A stretch of 64,000 nt of DNA from Eledone cirrhosa (taxonomy: Eukaryota). Of the stretch, positions 22,237 through 32,500 are shown one piece after another. The notes beneath the pieces were generated by a model, which saw only the letters and a list, made by a program, of their open reading frames with translations, searched no databases and was not told the DNA's origin. Made by a program: the position numbers and the translations under genes. Every line of letters begins with the position of its first letter. Within the stretch, counting starts at the first letter, position 1. The DNA lies in assembly GCA_964016885.1 (NCBI GenBank), contig OZ024757.1, positions 10,974,001 through 11,038,000 on the forward strand, read 5' to 3'.

Positions 22237-22917
22237 ATGGAGGGTGTGGAGGGGGAGTTCGTGAGGGTGGAGGTAGAGATGGAGAGGTTGAGGAGGGACA
22301 ATGAGAAGATGAAGGAGGTCCATGACAGGTTAAGGGAGGAGGTAGACAGGTTAGGGGAGGAGGTAGACAGGTTAAAGAAGGACTATGACAGGTTAAAGAA
22401 GAAGGATGACAGGTTAAGGGAGGAGGTAGACAGGTTAAAGAAGGAAGATGACAGGTTAAAGAAGGAGGTAGACAGGTTAGGGGAGGAGGTAGACAGGTTA
22501 GAGGAGGAGATAGTGGTGGAGGAGATAGTCTTAGCAGTTGGTGTCACATCAAGTGAAAACATTGTTGTTGTCAAGTCAGAGAAGAGGAGGAGGGGGTGGG
22601 ACAGTTATATCTGTTGGTACAGAGAAGAACAGTTAGTCAGGACATTAGAAACACCACAACTAGAACCATATAATATATATAACAGACTATATCTCACAAC
22701 ACATGGTGAAAATATTTATATATCACGACCACCAAACAGTAAAGACTCTACCAATATCTACCAAGTATCTGTAGACAGTAACCCCCAAATAATTCTCAGT
22801 AAAGAAGATTCTGGAGTTTACAGGGTTAATGGCCTCCAAATCTCTGACAAGTTTATCACAGTTTTTGGACATCTTGCAACAGAGGAACATTTTGTTTTCT
22901 TTCAATATGAGAGATAA
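22237..22917 (+). CDS. Multi-propeller protein, part 3 (heptad coiled-coil insert + C-terminal blades)
   Basis: Same frame as part 2, bridged by a shifted frame at ~22107-22230 (VAELERVVGERGRVERERVMWERRRLMEERK). After the heptads come AVGVTSSENIVVV, YLTTHGENIYIS and NGLQISDKFITV, then TAA at 22915. Confidence 0.7.
   Translation: MEGVEGEFVRVEVEMERLRRDNEKMKEVHDRLREEVDRLGEEVDRLKKDYDRLKKKDDRLREEVDRLKKEDDRLKKEVDRLGEEVDRLEEEIVVEEIVLAVGVTSSENIVVVKSEKRRRGWDSYICWYREEQLVRTLETPQLEPYNIYNRLYLTTHGENIYISRPPNSKDSTNIYQVSVDSNPQIILSKEDSGVYRVNGLQISDKFITVFGHLATEEHFVFFQYER
22324..22512 (+). repeat. 21-bp coding minisatellite, 9 heptads (DRL[RGKE][EK][EDK][VYDI])
   Basis: GACAGGTTA recurs every 21 bp from 22324 to 22492. 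Confidence 0.95.
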
Positions 22918-22962
22918 ATATTTTCATACTTTACACACTTGTTGTTGTTGTTTTTGTTGGTG

Positions 22963-23162
22963 NNNNNNNNNNNNNNNNNNNNNNNNNNNNNNNNNNNNNN
23001 NNNNNNNNNNNNNNNNNNNNNNNNNNNNNNNNNNNNNNNNNNNNNNNNNNNNNNNNNNNNNNNNNNNNNNNNNNNNNNNNNNNNNNNNNNNNNNNNNNNN
23101 NNNNNNNNNNNNNNNNNNNNNNNNNNNNNNNNNNNNNNNNNNNNNNNNNNNNNNNNNNNNNN
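22963..23162. other. Assembly gap (200 N)
   Basis: Run of N; a round length suggests a scaffolding join of unknown true size. Confidence 0.99.
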
Positions 23163-23544
23163 AGTCGCTGCTAAAGATCGATATATTTCCCTCCTATGTC
23201 TTCTCCACCAAATCAGAATATATTTCACCAGATAACAGCGAAATTAGGTATTTTGGGACAGATCGTCAGTGAGGGGATTTCAAATTACCTTATCTCACTC
23301 AATACACGGTTGAAAGTGGCTAAACTCATGTATATGTATATATATACACATACATATATATGTGTATATGTATATATATACATATATATGTGTGTGTGTG
23401 TATATGTATGTATATATAGTCTGTGTGTTGCTATGGATGCCAGTGAGTGTATCAAAAGGCGGGAATTTTAAGTGCAAAACTGAAATTTGTTAAATCATTC
23501 TCAATGTCAACTTGGCATGTCTGTCTGTATGGCTGACCGTCTGC

Positions 23545-23579
<35 letters not shown>

Positions 23580-23864
23580 AATACATGCAATAATAGAAGA
23601 TAATATATATATGTATAAATGCAGACGGTCGGCCATACAGATATATATATATATATACGTACGTAATTATATATATATAGTTACGTATGCATATATATAT
23701 ATATATTATTCAAAACGAAGAATATAGTTACGTATGTATAATTGTGTGTCTGTATATACATACGTAACTATATATATATATATAATATATTATATATATA
23801 CGTAACTATATATATATATATTATATATATATATATATATTATATATATACGTAACTATATATA

Positions 23865-23897
<33 letters not shown>

Positions 23898-23900
23898 CGA

Positions 23901-24018
23901 TCTGAGTTCAAATCCCGCCGAGGTTGACTTTGCCTTTCATCCTTACGGGGTCGATAAAATAAAATACCAGTAATGCACTGGGTATGTGTTGGCCTTGTGC
24001 CTAAAGTAGAAACAATTA
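23901..24018 (+). mobile_element. Nin/Deu-domain SINE fragment
   Basis: TCTGAGTTCAAATCCCGCCGAGGTTGACTTTGCCTTTCATCCTTACGGGGTCGATAAAAT. Confidence 0.8.
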
Positions 24019-24067
24019 CATATATATATTATATATATACGTAACTATATATATATATATTATATAC

Positions 24068-24175
24068 ATCTATCTATCTATCTAAGGCGGGTAAAATTCC
24101 CGAGATCCATGGACGAGTTCTCTCCAGCGGTCTCTGTCCCTCATTATCGCTGCCATGTCCTGCATCTCCAACAGA
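24068..24175 (-). mobile_element. RTE LINE extreme 3' fragment with (TAGA)n tail
   Basis: Minus strand reads LEMQDMAAIMRDRDRWRELVHGSREFYPP* followed by (TAGA)n. Confidence 0.7.
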
Positions 24176-24186
24176 ACATATATATA

Positions 24187-24219
<33 letters not shown>

Positions 24220-24220
<1 letters not shown>

Positions 24221-24385
24221 GCGGCGAATTGTCAGAGTCGTTAGAACGTCAGATAGAATACTTTAAGGTATTCATTCCAGTTCTCTTCTCTCTGAGTTCA
24301 AATCCCGCCGAGGTCAACTTTGCCTTTCATCATTTCGAGGTCGATAAAAAAAGTACCAGTCCAATACTGGGGTCGATACTTCCTC
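24220..24385 (+). mobile_element. tRNA-derived Nin/Deu-domain SINE
   Basis: GGCGGCGAATTGTCAGAGTCGTTAG head, GAGTTCAAATCCC B box, GCCTTTCATC..GAGGTCGATAAAAAAAGTACCAG domain. Confidence 0.8.
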
Positions 24386-24769
24386 TATATCTCTTTCTTA
24401 TTTCCTCTCACTTTCTCTATCTCTATGGAAGAAATCTGCTGTAGTCAGCGTATATTTCAATACGGAGCCCCACCCCCTGTCACAACCATACCTATATATA
24501 TATAATTAATTACCTATATTTCTAATTAGTTAGCTATATTTATATCATTTACCTATATTTCTATGCCAGTATCTATAAATACGACTTTCAATAAATTTTC
24601 ATTTTTATTCACAAAGTTTGCGAAAATATTTTTGTGTTTTAAATTTGTAGGACAAGGGAGGTATTCGAGATATATCGTAGGTCAGATTATCTGCCCTTGT
24701 ACATTATTTCTTTATTTTAAGTACGACAAACGCCCGTCATAAACTCTGTCTGATAGCGACTAGTGAGAA

Positions 24770-26150
24770 AAATATGGCCTTGTACGCTGCCTTCATTGAC
24801 CTGACGAAGGCATTTGATACAGTTAGTAGGGATGGACTGTGGAAGCTCCTCAGCAGACTCGGAGGTCCGTTAAAATTCCTGACCATGCTACAACAACTCC
24901 ACACAGGACAGCAGGGAGAGGTAAAGCCCAATGATGGTCTCTCTTATTAATTCTTCATCAAGAATGACGTGAAACAAGGCTGTGTCCTTGCCCCAAACTT
25001 ATTTGCAATCTTCTTCAGCATGATGCTCCGTGAATCAAAGAAAGATCTGTGGGAGGGCATTTACATCTGGTTCTGGACTTATGGGAGTGTGTTCAACTTG
25101 TGACGACTGCTCACCCACTCCAAAACACTGGAGGAGTTGATCCTGGATCTGCTGTTCACAGACGACTGTGCCATTCTGGAGCACCTAGTGGAAGATCTCC
25201 AGGCAGCCGTCAGCTGTTTTGCATGGGCAGCCAAAGCTTTTGGCCTGACCAAGAGCCACAAGAAAGCTGAAGTCATGTCCCAGAAGCCAGCAAATGAAGA
25301 GTACCTCCCTAAATAGATTAACATCGAAGGGCACCCCCTCAGTGTAGTGGAGCACTTCACATAGTTCGTAAGAGTCATTACAAACGACACTACCTCAGCA
25401 AAGGACATTGACAACAGAATTGCCAAGACCAGCAGCTCATTCAGATGCTTGCAGAAACATGTGTGGCAGAACCATTTTCTACACCTCACCACAAAGATCA
25501 GAGACTACAGAGCTGTTGTAGTCACTACCCTCCTCTACTGAGCTTAAACTTGGGTCTTGTACTGGAAGCAGATCAAGCTACTAGAAAGATTCAACCAGCG
25601 ATGTCTTCGCTCCATCGTGGGCATCCATTAGCAGGACTATATAACAAACAACGAAGTCCTCAAGAGGGCCGATATCACAAGTATTGAGAGCATGCTGATG
25701 CTGAGACAGCTTTGCTGGGTAGGTCATGTCTCGTGCATGGACGACTCTAGGATGCCAAAGGCAGTTTTCTACAGCGAACTATGTCAAGGCAAGTGAAACC
25801 AAGGGATCACCTAAATACGCTTCAAGGACCAACTCAAGCACCAGCTGATCCAAGACAATATTGATCAAAGGGAATGGGAACACATGGCAGAGGATAGAGA
25901 GAAATGGAGAGTGACCATAAAAACAGCTGTAGCCAGCTTTGAAGAGGGCAGGAAGGTGTCAGGTGAAGACAAACATAAAAGAAGAAATCTGTCTGCCACC
26001 CAACGACCAACTGACCAAGTACACTTACTCCAACTGTACGAGAGCCTGCAGATCCAGATTGGCCTGTACAGCCACCTCTGGGTATGCCAACACACAGAAC
26101 AGGACAATAATTCTTCCCTCTCATCTTCACAATCAAAGAATTTGCCATTC
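24770..26150 (+). mobile_element. RTE/BovB-like LINE, 5'-truncated, degenerate
   Basis: AFIDLTKAFDTVSRDGLWKLL, VKQGCVLAPNLF, LLFTDDCA, RQLCWVGHVSCMDDSRMPKAVFYSEL, and a decayed terminal zinc finger (C.RACRS.IGLYSHL). Confidence 0.9.
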
Positions 26151-26152
26151 CA

Positions 26153-29100
26153 TAACTTCTATACTGTACATTAGATAATGTAGTCCTAGATACACTATGT
26201 CTGATAGCAACTAATACTAACTACTATACTGTACATTAGATAATGTAGTCCTAGATACACTATGTCTGATAGCAACTAATACTAACTACTGTACTGTACA
26301 TTAGATAATGTAGTCCTAGGTATACTATATCTGATAGCCACTAATACTAACTACTGTACTGTACATTAGATAATGTAGTCGTAGATATACTATGTCTGAT
26401 AGTCACTAATACTAACTACTATACTGTACATTAGATAATGTAGTCCTAGATACACTATGTCTGATAGTCACTAATACTAACTACTGTACTGTACATTAGA
26501 TAATGTAGTCGTAGATATACTATGTCTGATAGTCACTAATACTAACTACTGTACATTAGATAATGTAGTCCTAGGTACACTATGTCTGATAGCCACTAAT
26601 ACTAACTACTATACTGTACATTAGATAATGTAGTCCTAGATATATTATGTCTGATAGCCACTAATAATAACTACTGTACTGTACATTAGATAATGTGGTC
26701 CTAGGTATACTATATCTGATAGCCACTAATACTAACTACTATACTGTACATTAGATAATGTAGTCCTAGGTATACTATATCTGATAGCCACTAATACTAA
26801 CTACTGTATTGTACATTAGATAATGTAGTCCTAAGTATACTATGTCTGATAGCCACTAATACTAACTTCTATACTGTACATTTGTTAATGTAGTACTAGA
26901 TACACTATGTCTGATAGCCACTAATACTAACTACTGTACTGTAAATTAGATAATGTAGTCCTAGATACACTATGTCTGATAGCCACTAATACTAACTAGT
27001 GTACTGTACATTAGATAATGTAGTCCTAGGTACACTATGTCTGATAGCCACTAATACTAACTACTATACTGTACATTAGATAATGTAGTCCTAGATACAC
27101 TATGTCTGATAGCTACTTATACTAACTACTATACTGTACATTACATAATGTAGTCCTAGGTATACTATATCTGATAGCCACTAATACTAACTACTATACT
27201 GTACATTAGATAATGGAGTCCCAGATACACTATATCTGATAGCCACTAATACTAACTACTGTACTGTACATTAGATAATATAGTCCAGGGTATACTATAT
27301 CTGATAGCCACTAATACTAACTACTGTACTGTACATTAGATAATATAGTCCAGGGTATACTATATCTGATAGCCACTAATACTAACTACTATACTGTACA
27401 TTAGATAATGTAGTCCTAGATATATTATGTCTGATAGCCACTAATAATAACTACTGTACTGTACATTAGATAATGTGGTCCTAGGTATACTATATCTGAT
27501 AGCCACTAATACTAACTACTATACTGTACATTAGATAATGTAGTCCTAGGTATACTATATCTGATAGCCACTAATACTAACTACTGTATTGTACATTAGA
27601 TAATGTAGTCCTAAGTATACTATGTCTGATAGCCACTAATACTAACTTCTATACTGTACATTTGTTAATGTAGTACTAGATACACTATGTCTGATAGCCA
27701 CTAATACTAACTACTGTACTGTAAATTAGATAATGTAGTCCTAGATACACTATGTCTGATAGCCACTAATACTAACTAGTGTACTGTACATTAGATAATG
27801 TAGTCCTAGGTACACTATGTCTGATAGCCACTAATACTAACTACTATACTGTACATTAGATAATGTAGTCCTAGATACACTATGTCTGATAGCTACTTAT
27901 ACTAACTACTATACTGTACATTACATAATGTAGTCCTAGGTATACTATATCTGATAGCCATTAATACTAACTACTATACTGTACATTAGATAATGGAGTC
28001 CCAGATACACTATATCTGATAGCCACTAATACTAACTACTGTACTGTACATTAGATAATATAGTCCAGGGTATACTATATCTGATAGCCACTAATACTAA
28101 CTACTGTACTGTACATTAGATAATATAGTCCTAGGTATACTATATCTGATAGCCACTAATACTAACTACTATACTGTACATTAGATAATGTAGTCCTAGA
28201 TACACTCTGTCTGATAGCCACTAATACTAAATAATATACTGTACATTAGATACTGTAGTCCTAGATACAGTATGTCTGTAGCCACTAATACTAACTACTG
28301 TACATTACATAATGTAGTCCTAGATATACTATGTCTGATAGCCACTAATACTAACTACTATACTGTATATTAGATAATGTAGTCCTAGATACACTATGTC
28401 TGGTAGTCACTAATACTAACTGCTCTATTGTACATTAGATAATATAGTCCTAGATACACTATGTCTGATAGCCACTAATACTAACTACTGTACTGTACAT
28501 TAGATAATGTAGTCCTAGATATACTATGCCTGATAGCCACTAATACTAAATACTATACTGTACATTAGACAATGCAGTCCTAGATACACTATGTCTGATA
28601 GCCACTAATACTAACTACTTAACTGTACATTAGATAATGTAGTCCTAGATACACTATGTCTGATAGCCACTAATACTAACTACTGTACTGTACATTAGAT
28701 AATGTAGTCCTAGATACACAATGTCTGATAGCCACTAATACTAACTACTGTACATTAGATAATGTAGTCCTAGATACACTATGTCTGATAGCCACTAATA
28801 CTAACTAATGTACTGTACATTAGATAATGTAGTCCTGGATACACTATGTCTGATAGCCACTAATACTAACTACTGTACTGTATATTACATAATGTAGTCC
28901 TAGATACACTATGTCTGATAGCCACTAATACTAACTACTATACTGTACATTAGATAATGTAGTCCTAGATATACTATGTCTGATAGCCACTAATACTAAC
29001 TACTATACAGTACATTAGATAATGTAGTCCACGATACACTATGTATGATAGCCACTAATACTAACTACTGTACTGTACATTAGATAATATAGTCCTAGAT

Positions 29101-29404
29101 ACACTATGTCTGATAGCCACTAATACTAAATAATATACTGTATATTAGATAATGTAGTCCTAGATACACTATGTCTGATAGCCACTAATACTAACTACTA
29201 TACTGTACATTAGATAATGTAGTCCTAGATACACTATGTCTGATAGCCACTAATACTAACCACTGTACTGTACATTAGATAATGTAATCCTAGATACATT
29301 ATGTCTGATAGCCACTAATACTAACTACTATAGTGTACATTAGATAATGTAGTCCTAGATATACTATGTCTGATAGCCACTAATACTAACTACTATACTG
29401 TACA
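26153..29404. repeat. Satellite A, 65-bp monomer, ~50 copies
   Basis: Consensus ACTGTACATTAGATAATGTAGTCCTAGATACACTATGTCTGATAGCCACTAATACTAACTACT(A/G)T; a few 60-bp deletion monomers; 780-bp (12-mer) block duplicated. Confidence 0.98.
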
Positions 29405-29517
29405 AATGTCAGGAAAGTGAACAGGGTATGAGTCATGATATACACACAGATACATATGTGCATAAGGAGGCAGAATATCAGGTGTAGTGTTGGTGAATTT
29501 CAGGAAGAGTAGATATC
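29405..29517 (-). mobile_element. Unique CR1-like ORF2 terminus and 3'UTR remnant between the two satellites
   Basis: The terminal satellite-B monomer reads in frame into ...DTASFKISTLPEIHQHYT* (TGA at 29480-29478), then ~75 nt of non-coding sequence. Confidence 0.7.
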
Positions 29518-32500
29518 TTAAAGGATGCAGTGTCCCAACAGCTAACAACTGATGCAGGTAGTTTGTTCCATGGAGGTTTTAAAGGATGCAGTGTCCCGAC
29601 AGCTAACAACTGATGCAAGTAGTTTGTTCCATGGGGGTTTTAAAGAATGCAGTGTCTCGACAGCTAACAACTGATGCAGGTAGTTTGTTCCATGGAGGTT
29701 TTAAAGGATGCAGTGTCCCGACATCTAACAACTGATGCAGGTAGTTTGTTCCATGGAGGTTTTAAAGGATCCAGTGTCTCGACAGCTAAAAACTGATGCA
29801 GGTAGTTTGTTCCATGGAGGTTTTAAAAGATGCAGCATCTCAACAGCTAACTACTGATGCAGGTAATTTGTTCCATGGAGGTTTTAAAGGATGCAGCGTC
29901 CCGACAGCTAACAACTGATGCAGGTAGTTTGTTCCATGGAGGTTTTAAAGGATGCAGTGTCTCGACAACTAACAACTGAAGCAGGTAGTTTGTTCCATGG
30001 AGGTTTTAAAGGATGCAGTGTCTCGACAGCTAACAACTGATGCAGGTAGGCTTGTTCTGTTCCATGGAGGTTTTAAAGGATGCAGTGTCTCGACAGCTAA
30101 CAACTGAATCAGGTAGTTTGTTCCATGGAGGTTTTAAGGGATACAGTGCCTCGACAGCTTACAACTGATGCAGGTAATTTGTTCCATGGAGGTTTTAAAG
30201 GATGCAGCGTCCCGACAGCTAACAACTGATGCAGGTAGTTTGTTCCATGTAGGTTTTAAATGATGCAGTGTCTCGAGAGCTAACAACTGATGCAGGTAGT
30301 TTGTTCCATGGAGGTTTTAAAGGATGCAGTGTCTCGACAGCTAACAACTGGTGCAGGTAGTTTGTTCCATGTAGGTTTTAAAGGATGCAGTGTCTCGAGA
30401 GCTAACGACTGATGCAGGTAGTTTGTTCCATGGAGGTTTTAAAGGTTGCAGTGTCTCGACAGCAAACAACTGATGCAGGTAGTTTTTTCCATGGAGATTT
30501 TAAAGGATGCAGTGTCTTGACAGCTAACAAATGATGCAGGTAGTTTGTTCCATGGAGATTTTAAAGGATGCAGTGTCCCAACAGCTAACAACTGATGCAG
30601 GGAGTTTGTTCCATGGAGGTTTTAAAGGATGCAGTGTCCCGACAGCTAACAACTGATGCAGGTAGTTTGTTCCATGGAGGTTTTAAAGGATGCAGTGTCT
30701 CGACAGCTAACAACTGATGCAGGTAGTTTGTTCCATGGAGGTTTTAAAGGATGCAGTGTCCCGACAGCTAACAACTGATGCAGGTAGTTTGTTGCATGGA
30801 GGTTTTAAAGGATCCAGTGTCTCGACAGCTAAAAACTGATGCAGGTAGTTTGTTCCATGGATGTTTTAAAGGATGCAGTGTCCCGACAGCTAACAACTGA
30901 TGCAGGTAGTTTGTTCCATGGAGGTTTTAAGGGATCCAGTGTCTCGACAGCTAAAAACTGATGCAGGTAGTTTGTTCCATGGAGGTTTTAAAAGATGCAG
31001 CATCTCAACAGCTAACTACTAATGCAGGTAGTTTGTTCCATGGAGGTTTTAAGGGATACAGTGTCTCGACAGCTAACAACTGATGCAGGTAATTTGTTCC
31101 ATGGAGGTTTTAAAGGATGCAGCGTCCCGACAGCTAACAACTGATGCAGGTAGTTTGTTCCATGTAGGTTTTAAAGGATGCAGTGTCTCGAGAGCTAACA
31201 ACTGATGCAGGTAGTTTGTTCCATGGAGGTTTTAAAAGATGCAGCATCTCAACAGCTAACTACTGATGCAGGTAATTTGTTCCATGGAGGTTTTAAAGGA
31301 TGCAGCGTCCCGACAGCTAACAACTGATGCAGGTAGTTTGTTCCATGGAGGTTTTAAAGGATGCAGTGTCTCGACAGCTAACAACTGAAGCAGGTAGTTT
31401 GTTCCATGGAGGTTTTAAAGGATGCAGTGTCTCGACAGCTAACAACTGAATCAGGTAGTTTGTTCCATGGAGGTTTTAAGGGATACAGTGCCTCGACAGC
31501 TTACAACTGATGCAGGTAATTTGTTCCATGGAGGTTTTAAAGGATGCAGCGTCCCGACAGCTAACAACTGATGCAGGTAGTTTGTTCCATGTAGGTTTTA
31601 AATGATGCAGTGTCTCGAGAGCTAACAACTGATGCAGGTAGTTTGTTCCATGGAGGTTTTAAAGGATGCAGTGTCTCGACAGCTAACAACTGGTGCAGGT
31701 AGATTGTTCCATGTAGGTTTTAAAGGATGCAGTGTCTCGAGAGCTAACGACTGATGCAGGTAGTTTGTTCCATGGAGGTTTTAAAAGATGCAGTGTCTCG
31801 ACAGCTAACAACTGATGCAGGTAGTTTTTTCCATGGAGATTTTAAAGGATGCAGTGTCTTGACAGCTAACAAATGATGCAGGTAGTTTGTTCCATGGAGA
31901 TTTTAAAGGATGCAGTGTCCCAACAGCTAACAACTGATGCAGGGAGTTTGTTCCATGGAGGTTTTAAAGGATGCAGTGTCCCGACAGCTAACAACTGATG
32001 CAGGTAGTTTGTTCCATGGAGGTTTTAAAGGATGCAGTGTCTCGACAGCTAACAACTGATGCAGGAAGTTTGTTCCATGGAGGTTTTAAAGGATGCAGTG
32101 TCCCGACAGCTAACAACTGATGCAGGTAGTTTGTTGCATGGAGGTTTTAAAGGATCCAGTGTCTCGACAGCTAAAAACTGATGCAGGTAGTTTGTTCCAT
32201 GGATGTTTTAAAGGATGCAGTGTCCCGACAGCTAACAACTGGTGCAGGTAGTTTGTTCCATGGAGGTTTTAAGGGATCCAGTGTCTCGACAGCTAAAAAC
32301 TGATGCAGGTAGTTTGTTCCATGGAGGTTTTAAAAGATGCAGCATCTCAACAGCTAACTACTGATGCAGGTAGTTTGTTCCATGGAGGTTTTAAAGGATG
32401 CAGTGTCTTGACAGCTAACAACTGATGCAGGTAGTTTGTTCCATGGAGGTTTTAAAGGGTGCAGTGTCTCGACAGCTAACAACTGATGCAGGTAGTTTGT

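Noticed and set aside
23163-23330. Second Penelope-like end (AATACACGGTTGA resembles AACTCACGGTTGA)
   Set aside because: The match is too short, no hammerhead core is visible, and the sequence is cut by the gap.
22918-26153. Functional linkage between the propeller gene and the satellites
   Set aside because: A 200-N gap of unknown true size separates them, so adjacency is not established.
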